The notes beneath the pieces were generated by a model. It was not told the origin of the DNA. It did not search any database and worked only from the letters and a program-made list of their open reading frames with translations. A program made the position numbers and the translations under genes. A stretch of 64,000 bases of DNA from a virus (Duplodnaviria; Caudoviricetes), in the IMG/VR virus record IMGVR_UViG_3300005533_000226, positions 841 through 64,840 of that record; one strand, given 5' to 3'. Of this stretch, positions 35,941 to 45,187 are shown in pieces; within the stretch, counting starts at the first letter, position 1; each line of letters opens with the position of its first letter.

Positions 35941-35971
35941 ACGGCGGGCTTCGGCCCGCCGTTTTTCTTTT
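35941..35971 (+). terminator. Rho-independent terminator after the capsid gene
   Basis: ACGGCGGGC-TTCG-GCCCGCCGT followed by a T tract. Confidence 0.8.
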
Positions 35972-35972
35972 C

Positions 35973-36155
35973 ATGCTCGTGAAGCTTCGCACCGGCTCCG
36001 TAGTTGACCTCCCGCAAGGGCAGGCAATCAAGTTGATGAAGGCTGATCGAGCGACACCATTTCGCTATGAGCCGTCCGAAAGGGCGGTGAAGCGACCGCC
36101 GGAAACGGCGGGTGAGTTTCCGCCCGCGCGTCGGGCAATGGAGCAAGAAAAATGA
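35973..36155 (+). CDS. Small hypothetical head-region protein
   Basis: Position after the capsid gene; coupled to the next gene. Confidence 0.5.
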   Translation: MLVKLRTGSVVDLPQGQAIKLMKADRATPFRYEPSERAVKRPPETAGEFPPARRAMEQEK

Positions 36156-36586
36156 AACACCTCAGGATCGCTCTTGCTGCGCTTATCATTGGCGCGCTCG
36201 GCGGCGCGGCGGCGGCGCAGTATTCGACGCTGAACTATATGCAGGAAGGCGGCGCTTATTGGGGCGTCGGCGGCACGCTCGAAATCAAGTCCGGCGGCGT
36301 CTTCAAGCAGAACGGTATCGTTCTGAAGGTTGCGCGCGGCGTCGATGCCGTTACCGGCACGCTCGACAAGACCACGGGCCTTACCACCGTGATCGCGTGC
36401 GCGGCGAATCTCGCCGAAGACCCGTCGCTGGCTGCCAATGTTGTTTCCTATGTGATCCCGACGCAATCGGGCGGCACGGCCGGTCACGTCACGCTTAAGG
36501 TATGGAAGCCCACGGCTTCCGGCGATGCGACTCCGATTGCTGGCACCGCCGCCAAGAATGTCGGCTGGGTTTGCATCGGTACGTAA
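36152..36586 (+). CDS. Putative head decoration or fibre protein
   Basis: Beta-rich; followed by a terminator at about 36605-36645. Confidence 0.5.
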   Translation: MKHLRIALAALIIGALGGAAAAQYSTLNYMQEGGAYWGVGGTLEIKSGGVFKQNGIVLKVARGVDAVTGTLDKTTGLTTVIACAANLAEDPSLAANVVSYVIPTQSGGTAGHVTLKVWKPTASGDATPIAGTAAKNVGWVCIGT

Positions 36587-36656
36587 TACTTGCCCGTTCA
36601 TGGGGCGACGGCCCCGGCCTTCGTGGCCGGGGTCGCTTTTTTCTTGAGGTGGGGCG

Positions 36657-37295
36657 ATGAAAAGCTTTTTGACGGTCAACACGCCAGCCTCGTCGATTGA
36701 CTTGACCACGCGCGATGCGGTCAAGGGTGAATTCGGCATCACTGGAACGGCCGAAGATACGCAGCTCGCTACATGGATCACGCAAGCGAGCGCGATCATT
36801 GCAAAAGAATGTAACGCGGTATTCGGGGCCGAAGATGTGACGCAAACGTTTGCGCACGTTATTGCGTTTGGCACTCAGCGCCGTGGCTCGCCTGAGCTGA
36901 ACCTGCTGCGCTTTCCCGTCATCGAAATCGAATCCTTGACGGAAGACGGAATCACGTTGGAAGAAGACACCGACTTTTCTGTTGATAAGGAAACCGGGAT
37001 TTTATACCGCCTTACGGGCGGCTCTGTTCGCGATTGGTGGGCGCGCGATATTACCGTGACCTATCAGGGCGGTTACAGTCTTCCCGGCAGCTCGCCGCCA
37101 GAATTGGCGCGTGCCTGCACTATTTTCGTTCGCCATATGCGCGCCTCTGCCCGGCGCGATCCACTTGTGAAAAGCGTGAATGTGCCGAACGTCATTCAAC
37201 GCGATTATTGGGTTGGTCCTGTTGGCCAGAATGCGGCGCTTCCGCCTGAGGTTGACGCGCTGCTTACTGAGTGGCGCCGCCCGGCGTTCGGCTGA
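36657..37295 (+). CDS. Head-tail connector (gp6-like adaptor)
   Basis: DLTTRDAVK...ITVTYQGGY...LPPEVDALL. Confidence 0.8.
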   Translation: MKSFLTVNTPASSIDLTTRDAVKGEFGITGTAEDTQLATWITQASAIIAKECNAVFGAEDVTQTFAHVIAFGTQRRGSPELNLLRFPVIEIESLTEDGITLEEDTDFSVDKETGILYRLTGGSVRDWWARDITVTYQGGYSLPGSSPPELARACTIFVRHMRASARRDPLVKSVNVPNVIQRDYWVGPVGQNAALPPEVDALLTEWRRPAFG

Positions 37296-37303
37296 GGTGC
37301 GAG

Positions 37304-37678
37304 ATGTCACAGGTTGATGACCTCGACAGCGCGCTACAGGAAGACGGCGAGGATTGCATTCTGCGCCGGTTGGTCGGCAAGTCACCGACCACGAATAACG
37401 ACCTGCCGGTGCGCGCTAACGTTCGCTCGTATCGCTTGCGCGCCAATCTCCTTGTCAACGATATGGCGCAGTATGACCTCGTGGCGATTATGTCGCCGAC
37501 TGAAATCAAGAATTCAAACGGTGCTTGGCCGGGCGATGGCAGTACGGCCGAATGCGACCTTTATCCGCGCAAGGGCGACAAGCTGATTGTGCAGGGTCGC
37601 GTTCGCGCGATTGATGTGGCTGAGCTGGTGAAAACCGAAGAAGGCGTTGTCCGCATCGAGCTGATGCTGTTGGGCTGA
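37304..37678 (+). CDS. Head closure / head-tail joining protein
   Basis: Gene order; PRKGDKLIVQG. Confidence 0.65.
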   Translation: MSQVDDLDSALQEDGEDCILRRLVGKSPTTNNDLPVRANVRSYRLRANLLVNDMAQYDLVAIMSPTEIKNSNGAWPGDGSTAECDLYPRKGDKLIVQGRVRAIDVAELVKTEEGVVRIELMLLG

Positions 37679-38358
37679 TGGCTGTCAAAATTTCAAGCAA
37701 GGTCGAGGTTCTTGACCGCGACATCAAGCTGCTATTTCCGGCCGACCTAAGCGATGCTGCGCGCAGCGAGAAAATTGCTGATTATGCAGAACAGGTATTC
37801 GAGTCGGCTGAGGCTCAGAATGAAGCCATCAGCGGCGTAAAGCCGCAACACAAGATTTTCGTTGACGGCGCGCAAACAGAAGATTTCCACGCCGTCAAGC
37901 CTGATGGCACAATCGTAATTGAATTTGAGTTGGTCGATGATCTTTTCCAGTGGATCGACAGCCAGCTCATCGCGCATTCGCCTGTCAAGAGCGGCCGGTA
38001 TGGGCGCGGCCATCGTTTCTATGCCGATGGCATTGAGACTGATGTTGGCGGAGCGATCCCGAACGCCAGTCAGTACGCTTTCGTGAATGTCGAGCCGTAT
38101 GCGCGCAAGATTGAAAGCGGTGAATCAGCTCAGGCGCCGGAAGGCGTTTATGAGGTGGTCGCGGCTCTTGCGGCGCAGAGGTATGGAAGCCTCGCCAAGA
38201 TTCGTTTCACTTATCAGTCGGTGATCGGCGGCGATACTGACTTGGCCAAATGGGCATCCGTCGCAAAACAAACCCGGCGCGGGCTTCAGTCGCGAAAGTC
38301 GAAAAGCGATCTTGAGCGGAATACGCGCAACCCCGCCATTCTCATCACGGTGAAATAA
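37678..38358 (+). CDS. Neck / tail completion protein
   Basis: SPVKSGRY, PYARKIE, SAQAPEGV. Confidence 0.7.
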   Translation: MAVKISSKVEVLDRDIKLLFPADLSDAARSEKIADYAEQVFESAEAQNEAISGVKPQHKIFVDGAQTEDFHAVKPDGTIVIEFELVDDLFQWIDSQLIAHSPVKSGRYGRGHRFYADGIETDVGGAIPNASQYAFVNVEPYARKIESGESAQAPEGVYEVVAALAAQRYGSLAKIRFTYQSVIGGDTDLAKWASVAKQTRRGLQSRKSKSDLERNTRNPAILITVK

Positions 38359-38360
38359 CA

Positions 38361-38771
38361 ATGGCATCGCAGGCTGTGCAGGCCGCCGTCCGCGCGCGGA
38401 TCGGCGAAACTTGGAATGGGCTGCCCGTGGTGTATCCGAATGAGAAGGCATCGACGCCGAATGACGGCGGCAACTTTCTCAGCGTTCAATATCCGGTCTC
38501 GAATTCGCAGCATGTTGGCATGGCGCAGATTGGCGCCCGCACCTTCCGCGAGGAAGGCGGCATCAGGCTGGTGCTGAGCGCAAATCGAGATACCGGAGTC
38601 GATGACGCGATGACGCTCATCGAGGAATTGAAAACACTTTTTCGCGCCGTTCAATTTAGCGGCGTGATGTGTCTCACGCCATCAGGGCCAGCATTCGACG
38701 ATAACAACGGCGACGGCAATTACTATCTGCTTTCGCTCGCTGTTCCGTACTATTTCGATGAGCTTGGATGA
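38361..38771 (+). CDS. Tail terminator protein
   Basis: Gene order before the tail tube gene. Confidence 0.7.
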   Translation: MASQAVQAAVRARIGETWNGLPVVYPNEKASTPNDGGNFLSVQYPVSNSQHVGMAQIGARTFREEGGIRLVLSANRDTGVDDAMTLIEELKTLFRAVQFSGVMCLTPSGPAFDDNNGDGNYYLLSLAVPYYFDELG

Positions 38772-38841
38772 CGCAATAGCCTAAGCCGCCCTTGGGCAAG
38801 GCGATCCTGCGAAAACAAAAAAAAGAATTTGGAGACCTGCT

Positions 38842-40302
38842 ATGGGTTCAACCAATCGTTCAGCCTCGGCTTATGTGGCTGAGGTGACGCCGGGCGTTAC
38901 GCCTGCCAGCCCCGCGATGAAGGCGATTCGCCTCACGTCGAGCGGCCTGAAATTCTCGCCCAACCGCACCGAAAGCAATGAGCTGCAAGCCGACCGGCAG
39001 GTTGCCGATCAGATTCTTGTCGGCCTCACGAATGAAGGCCCGATTGGCAATGAGCTGTCGTTTCAGGCTTTCGACGATTTTCTTGAAGCGACGTTTCAGG
39101 GAACGTGGGCGAACAAGCCATATAAGGCTTGCGTGAATGCTGACACCGAAATTTCGGACCTCAGCACCACCACCGCGACCGTTGATTCCGGCGGCGCCGC
39201 GTTCAAAGCCGGGATGCTCGTGCTGACAAACGGCTTTGCGACGCCCGGCAATAACGGCATTCTGTCGCGCGTTGCTTCGTCGAGCGCGACCACCGTTGTC
39301 TTTCCGGCGTCTTCGTTTACCGCTGAAGCTTCTGTCCCGGCTGGCGCGTATCTGCGCGTTGTCGGATTTCAGGGCGCGAGCGGCGATCTTGTGGCTGTCG
39401 CTGATGGCATCACGTCAACGTCGCTCGATTTCACCACGCTTGGCTTGAATGTCGGCGAGTGGGTTAAGATTGGCGGCGATATTGCTGGCAATCAGTTTGC
39501 GACCGCCGGGTGCAATGGCTGGGCGCAAATCAAGGCCATCGCTGCGAACAAGCTTACGTTCAACGTGCTGCCGCCCTCGTGGGCGACGGACGCTGGCACG
39601 GGTAAGACCGTGCAGGTCTTCGCTGGCGATCAGGTGAAGAATGGCGTGACGCAGCGTTCATTCACCATCGAGCGTCAGCAGCAAGACTTGGTGTCGCCCT
39701 CGTATGAGTATTTCCGTGGCTGCCAATTCGACAAATTCAGCGCCACGGTCAAAGCGAACGCCGTCATTGATCTTCAGTTTGATGTTGTCGGCCTTGGTGC
39801 CAGCGCGGGCACCGTCCGCGCGTCCGGCGCAACCGATGTAGCGGCGCCCACCTTTCCGGTGATGAATTCGGCGTCCAACATCCTTGAGCTGATCGAAGGC
39901 GGATCGCCTATCACCGGCCCATCTTTCGTGATGGAGTTGGGATTTCAGATTGCGAACAATTTGGCCGGGCAACCGGCCGTTGCCTCGCTGTCGAGTGTTG
40001 GCATCCGCAACGGCGAGTTTTCCGTGAGCGGGCCGCTGACGGCATATTTCGGCGACCTTACGTTGCTCAACAAGGTGCTGAACGATACGCCGTCATCGCT
40101 GATGTTCCGCGCCGGTTATGCGGCATCGCCCCGGCAGAGCTACGTCTTTGATGTTCCGTACACGAAAATCAGCGGCGATTCGCCCGTGACGGCGAAGAAT
40201 ACCGACCGCATGTTCAACGGAACGTATAGCGCGTCAAAGCATCCGACGATGGGCTACACGGCCGCTGTCGGCCGCTACTGGTATTTGCCAGCGAGCGCAT
40301 AA
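38842..40302 (+). CDS. Major tail tube protein
   Basis: AYVAEVTPGVTP, ESNEL, RSFTIE, YFRGC. Confidence 0.88.
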   Translation: MGSTNRSASAYVAEVTPGVTPASPAMKAIRLTSSGLKFSPNRTESNELQADRQVADQILVGLTNEGPIGNELSFQAFDDFLEATFQGTWANKPYKACVNADTEISDLSTTTATVDSGGAAFKAGMLVLTNGFATPGNNGILSRVASSSATTVVFPASSFTAEASVPAGAYLRVVGFQGASGDLVAVADGITSTSLDFTTLGLNVGEWVKIGGDIAGNQFATAGCNGWAQIKAIAANKLTFNVLPPSWATDAGTGKTVQVFAGDQVKNGVTQRSFTIERQQQDLVSPSYEYFRGCQFDKFSATVKANAVIDLQFDVVGLGASAGTVRASGATDVAAPTFPVMNSASNILELIEGGSPITGPSFVMELGFQIANNLAGQPAVASLSSVGIRNGEFSVSGPLTAYFGDLTLLNKVLNDTPSSLMFRAGYAASPRQSYVFDVPYTKISGDSPVTAKNTDRMFNGTYSASKHPTMGYTAAVGRYWYLPASA

Positions 40303-40359
40303 CGAAAAAGAGCCGCGCGCCATCCCGGCGCGCGGCTTCTCGACTCCAAAGGTCATTCA

Positions 40360-40752
40360 ATGAGGATCACCGACATCAAGATTGATTCCAATGCCATCGA
40401 GCATGGCGATTGGGTTGACGCTCCCTTCATTCCCGGCCTCAGGTTGAAGGTGCGCGGGATTGGGAATTCTGATTACAAGGCGCTCGCCGTTAAGCAGGCC
40501 GCGCTCAGCGGTTTTCAGAAGACTGACGAAATCGAGGAAGCGAATCTTTCCGAACAGCTCATTGAGACCATCTTGGTCGATTGGGATGGTTTGGAAGATG
40601 ATGACGGAAAGCCAATCCCCTACAGCAAGGACAAGGCGCGAGAATATATCCTTGATCCCGACCTGCGCGCATTTCGTTGGTCGGTGAACGCGGCGGCCAC
40701 CGCGATCCTCAGCAAGAAGAAGGCCACGCAGGAGCAAGTCGCAAAAAACTGA
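40360..40752 (+). CDS. Tail assembly chaperone (gpG-like)
   Basis: ILVDWDGL...IPYS; ends in the slippery A AAA AAC. Confidence 0.85.
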   Translation: MRITDIKIDSNAIEHGDWVDAPFIPGLRLKVRGIGNSDYKALAVKQAALSGFQKTDEIEEANLSEQLIETILVDWDGLEDDDGKPIPYSKDKAREYILDPDLRAFRWSVNAAATAILSKKKATQEQVAKN

Positions 40753-41063
40753 GGGCGCGGGTCGAATGGGAAATTGTTTTCGGCCCGCACGCACTCGACA
40801 TTGCTCAAGCCGCGCTGTCTCGCGGCCAACCGATTCCTGAAGATGCGATCCCGCCCGTTCTGCCGCCGGGAATGGATGTCTTCTATAGGGCGTTTCAAGA
40901 GCTGAACACTGATCGGCAAGTCGGAATGACTATCGGCCCGATCATGTTTTCCTCGATCAACGCCTACGCGCAACGGTACGGCTTCAATGAGCCGGACATA
41001 TTCGATTGGTTTTTGTGGACCATCAGAATCCTCGATCAAGCATGGCTTGCATCGCAAAAATAA
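40749..41063 (+). CDS. Tail assembly chaperone -1 frameshift extension (gpGT-like)
   Basis: The -1 frame is open after the slippery site: AFQELNTDRQVG..GPIMFSSI. Confidence 0.8.
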   Translation: MRARVEWEIVFGPHALDIAQAALSRGQPIPEDAIPPVLPPGMDVFYRAFQELNTDRQVGMTIGPIMFSSINAYAQRYGFNEPDIFDWFLWTIRILDQAWLASQK

Positions 41064-41078
41064 AAAAGAGGCTATGCC

Positions 41079-43508
41079 ATGGCCACCGAAGACCAAATCC
41101 GCACCATTACGATCAAGGCCCAAACTGAGGGCTTCGATGATGCCAACAAGCAAGCGAGTCAGCTTGCCGACTCGATGGGCATGGTCGCTGAGGAAACGGA
41201 TTCCGTTTCCAAGTCGGCAATCAATGCATCGGGTGCGTATGACCGGCTGCTGAGCCGCATTGATCCAACCTATCGCTCGACGCAGCAGCTTGCGCAGGCG
41301 CATACGGTTCTGACGAAGGCGTTGGATCAGGGCGTGATCACGCAGGCGCAATATGCGGATGCCTTGGACAAGGCGACGAAAAAGTTTCAACCGCAGCCGG
41401 TCAATGCGTTTCAGGCTGCGATCAAGGGCGTTCAGGGCCAGCTCGTTGCGCTGTCGGCCGGGCTTGGCCCGGTTGGAGTTGCGCTCGCGGGTCTTGGTCC
41501 GTGGGGTCTCGGCGCTGCTGCCGTTCTTGGCGGCGTGGTGAAATCATTTGAGGCGGCGCGTGATGCCGCTGTCGATTTCGCGCGCAAGGCGCAGGGCTTG
41601 CAATCATTCTCTATCACCACCGGCCTCACCACCGATCAGATTCAAAAGCTGAACATCGAGGCCGCCAAGTTTGGCATCAATGGCGACGCGATGTCGCGCG
41701 CCATCGACCAATTCGATGTTCGGTTGAATGAGGTGCGCCGGTCGCAAGGCCCTTATTTCGATCTTCTGCGCGAAATCAATCCTGAGCTGGCGAAGCAGGC
41801 TCAGTCGGCGAAGACCACGGCCGACGAATTGAACATCCTCGCCGCCGCCTATGCGCAGGCGGGCGAGAAGGGCGGCGCGCTCTTGCAGGCTGCCGCCGGT
41901 CGCGGCGCGCAGGCGATTGCGCCGATCCTTCAATCCATCAACGGCGCCGGTGGCGTCGGCAATCTGTCCGGCAAGCCGACAATCGCGAATGATGAGGTTA
42001 AGAAGCTTGCGGATGCGCTCGCTGGAATCGAGGCGACATCTGGCCGCGTGCAGGATAAGATTGCGAATTGGTTTTCCGAATCCGTTCTGTCCACTTGGCA
42101 GCGCGGCCTCGATCTTGATGAGCGCATCGTTGACAAGCTGCAAGGCTTCACGCTCACGAAGGCGTGGAATGACCTGATTTCCTTTTTCAATAGCACGGCG
42201 CCCGGCCGTGGACCCGGCGCGGCGCTCGCATCGCCGCCCGGCTCAACGGGATTCGTTCCCAACCTTGTGCCGACTCCCGCGTATCCGCCGCAGCTCAACT
42301 TGAGCGGCATCGCGCAGCCCGCTCAGCAGAAGACCACCGAAGACCTGCAAAGCGAGTTGAACGTATATCGCGAGATGGTGTCGGCGATTGGTGCCGCCGC
42401 GACGGCGCACGATCAATACAATCTGCGCATCAAGGAATTGGACCTTTCGCTTTCCAAGCACATCATCACCGAAGACCAATACAAGAAGGCGGTTTCGGCT
42501 GAGGGATTGCAGTACGCGATCCAAATGGAAAGCCAGCGCAACAGCATCCTTGGCGCGGGCGCCCCGCTGACTGATCTTCTGAAGCAGAAGCAGGATGAGT
42601 TGAATGCTGCGCGTCAGCGCGGCGTGAAGATTACTGCCGATGAACAGGCCGCCGTGCTAGCGTCCGTGGTCTCGCAGAAGATGCAGGCCGACACGCAGAT
42701 TCTTGTCGCGAACGGTCTTGCCACGGCCGATCAGCTTCGCGCGACAAAGATGGCTGAGCTGAATACGCTCTATAAGCAGCACCAAATCACGCTTCAGGAT
42801 GTCGGCGTGGCGATGGCTGCTTATGAGAAGACCGTTGAAGACACCATCAAGCAGCAGGAAATCCTCAAGGCGCAGCTTCCCGGTTTGAAGCAGCTTGAGA
42901 TTGAATCCGGCAGCCTTCGGACGCAGCTCGACACCACGGGCACTAGCATCGCCAACGGCATCAGCTCCGATTTCGTCGATCTAGCGACGCACGCAAAAAA
43001 CACAGGCGACGCTTTCAAGGATATGGGCCTCGTGATCATCAAGGCGATTGATGAGATGGTCGCGAAGATGCTCATTGCTGCGCCGATTGCGAAGGGCCTT
43101 CAGGCGATCCTTGGCGCCTTTTTGCCGACAGGCGGCACGTCGAGCGGCGGCGGTTTGGTCGCTTCGGCCAACGGTAACGTTTTCTCGAATGGCCGTTTGG
43201 TTCCGTTCGCGAGCGGCGGCGTGATTTCGTCGCCAACGATGTTCGGCATGGCCGATGGCCGCACTGGCATTATGGCTGAGGCTGGCGATGAGGCGATCAT
43301 GCCTCTCGCGCGCGGCCCCGGCGGCAAGCTTGGCGTTGTCGCTCGCGGCGCCGGTGGCGGCGACATTCACATCCATTTTGCGATTGATGCGCGGGGGGCG
43401 ACGCAGGGCGTTGCCGATCAAATCGTTGCGCGCGCGAAAGCTGAAATTCTTCCGCAAATCATTCCGCTGGTGATTGATGCCAAGGATAGGCGAGTGCGGG
43501 GGCTATAA
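41079..43508 (+). CDS. Tail tape measure protein
   Basis: 809 aa Ala-rich helical; C-terminal FASGG...MAEAGDEAIMPL. Confidence 0.92.
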   Translation: MATEDQIRTITIKAQTEGFDDANKQASQLADSMGMVAEETDSVSKSAINASGAYDRLLSRIDPTYRSTQQLAQAHTVLTKALDQGVITQAQYADALDKATKKFQPQPVNAFQAAIKGVQGQLVALSAGLGPVGVALAGLGPWGLGAAAVLGGVVKSFEAARDAAVDFARKAQGLQSFSITTGLTTDQIQKLNIEAAKFGINGDAMSRAIDQFDVRLNEVRRSQGPYFDLLREINPELAKQAQSAKTTADELNILAAAYAQAGEKGGALLQAAAGRGAQAIAPILQSINGAGGVGNLSGKPTIANDEVKKLADALAGIEATSGRVQDKIANWFSESVLSTWQRGLDLDERIVDKLQGFTLTKAWNDLISFFNSTAPGRGPGAALASPPGSTGFVPNLVPTPAYPPQLNLSGIAQPAQQKTTEDLQSELNVYREMVSAIGAAATAHDQYNLRIKELDLSLSKHIITEDQYKKAVSAEGLQYAIQMESQRNSILGAGAPLTDLLKQKQDELNAARQRGVKITADEQAAVLASVVSQKMQADTQILVANGLATADQLRATKMAELNTLYKQHQITLQDVGVAMAAYEKTVEDTIKQQEILKAQLPGLKQLEIESGSLRTQLDTTGTSIANGISSDFVDLATHAKNTGDAFKDMGLVIIKAIDEMVAKMLIAAPIAKGLQAILGAFLPTGGTSSGGGLVASANGNVFSNGRLVPFASGGVISSPTMFGMADGRTGIMAEAGDEAIMPLARGPGGKLGVVARGAGGGDIHIHFAIDARGATQGVADQIVARAKAEILPQIIPLVIDAKDRRVRGL

Positions 43509-44167
43509 TGACAATCAGCTATCCGCGCTCATTCCCGTCAGGCATCGACAAATTCAAGCAGGTCACTTTCGACCTGTCCCGGCAGGAAGGCTACAACATT
43601 CTCGGCAGCGGTGCTGTTCAGTCGGCTGAGATTGGTGAGCCGTTGTGGACGGCGAAATATACCACCATTGACTTAACGCCAGCTCAGCGCGGCGCGTGGG
43701 CGGCATGGCGGGATTCGCTACGCGGCGCCGGGAAAAGCTTTTACGGCTACAATCCCGACGCGCCATCGCCGCTGGCGTACATCGGCGGCTCGCTGCCTGC
43801 GCTTCGCTATGATGGATCAACGCCGTTCGATGGAACGTGCGCGTTGAATACATGGTCCGGCGGAAACGTGATCACGCTTGGCAATTTGCCGAATGGGTAC
43901 ATGGTGAAGCCGGGCGATATGATCGGCTGGATTCTCAGCGGCAAGTATGCGCTGCATCGCGCTCTTGAGGATGTCGCGGCCAATAGCAGCGGCGTTGTCA
44001 GCTTTGCGGTCGAGCCGTTCCCGCGCGGGACAGCGCCAGTTTCGCCGATTGCCGCCAACCTCGTGAAGCCGGTTTGCGTCATGCGCATCGTTCCTCAAAC
44101 TTGGTCTAGCGATGTTTCCGGCTACACATCGCCGGTTTCGTTTCAGGCCGCACAGGATTTGTCATAA
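43508..44167 (+). CDS. Distal tail protein
   Basis: Gene order after the tape measure gene. Confidence 0.7.
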   Translation: MTISYPRSFPSGIDKFKQVTFDLSRQEGYNILGSGAVQSAEIGEPLWTAKYTTIDLTPAQRGAWAAWRDSLRGAGKSFYGYNPDAPSPLAYIGGSLPALRYDGSTPFDGTCALNTWSGGNVITLGNLPNGYMVKPGDMIGWILSGKYALHRALEDVAANSSGVVSFAVEPFPRGTAPVSPIAANLVKPVCVMRIVPQTWSSDVSGYTSPVSFQAAQDLS

Positions 44168-44790
44168 TGCGCACGTTTGATTCCGGCACGTTGGCATCGC
44201 TCGCCGCCGGTCACATTGTCGCGCGCGGCCTTGTGCTATTCGATTTTGATTCCGGCCTTTATGGCTTTTGGGATGGTTACGGAACGCTGACGTTCAACGG
44301 CGTCGATTATGTCGGCGCCGGTTCGCTTATCTCGGTTGATCCGATCAGCATGGTTTCGGACTTGTCCGCCGTTCCGTTGGTTCTTCGACTGACGGCTGTT
44401 CCCAATTCGGACCTTACACCGGACACGCTTGCGACCATCGAGGGCGAGACGTATCACCAACGGCCTGTAACGATCTATCGCGCGTATATGGACATCGACA
44501 CGCGCGCTCTGATTTCGGTGGAGAAGATTTATCGCGGCTATCTGGATCGCATCGACCACGATCAGAACATCAATGGCAATGCTCAGCTTGTTGTGAATCT
44601 CGAAAGCAAAGCGCGCGATAATACGAAGCACGGCTTTCGCAATCGCGATGACGCTGATCAGAAAACGATTGACTCGAACGATGGCGGTCTATCGCACGCG
44701 GTAATGGCCGCGAGCCTCGACATCTTTTGGGGCCGCGCAACACCGGCCAGTCAAACGAGCGGCGGCGTTGTTACCGGCACGGCTTCCTGA
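44167..44790 (+). CDS. Minor tail protein
   Basis: FWDGYGTLTFNGVDYVGAG. Confidence 0.75.
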   Translation: MRTFDSGTLASLAAGHIVARGLVLFDFDSGLYGFWDGYGTLTFNGVDYVGAGSLISVDPISMVSDLSAVPLVLRLTAVPNSDLTPDTLATIEGETYHQRPVTIYRAYMDIDTRALISVEKIYRGYLDRIDHDQNINGNAQLVVNLESKARDNTKHGFRNRDDADQKTIDSNDGGLSHAVMAASLDIFWGRATPASQTSGGVVTGTAS

Positions 44791-45184
44791 TTGGCGGCGA
44801 CGGTTCGATGCCGTCCTTGCCGCATATGGATCGCGTGATTTCGAGTGGGGCAGCGCCGATTGCGTGACGCTCGCGCTCGACACAATGAAGGCGATCACGG
44901 GCGTCGATCCGTTTGAATCGCACCGCGTATGGCGGAATGAATTCGGTTCCAAGCGCGTGATGTTGCGCCTTGGCTTCTACTCAATCGCAGATGTCTTCTC
45001 ATCGGTTTGCCCGCGCACGTCAGCATCAATGGCGCGCGCAGGCGACATCGGTGTTGCCATCGACGGAAATACAAAAAACGAGGTCGCGATTATTTTCGAC
45101 GGCCACAAAATCATCGGCATGGCACCTTGCGGGCTTACCCGGCTTCCGCTCAACGCAGCGAGGTTCGCCTACACCGTGGGGTAA
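44768..45184 (+). CDS. NlpC/P60-like tail-associated protein
   Basis: FEWGSADC...ARAGD. Confidence 0.75.
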   Translation: MLPARLPDWRRRFDAVLAAYGSRDFEWGSADCVTLALDTMKAITGVDPFESHRVWRNEFGSKRVMLRLGFYSIADVFSSVCPRTSASMARAGDIGVAIDGNTKNEVAIIFDGHKIIGMAPCGLTRLPLNAARFAYTVG

Positions 45185-45187
45185 ATA

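Noticed and set aside
34535-36031. 498-aa antisense ORF over the capsid gene, and similar long antisense ORFs elsewhere
   Set aside because: Shadow ORFs caused by high-GC codon bias; they have no recognisable motifs.
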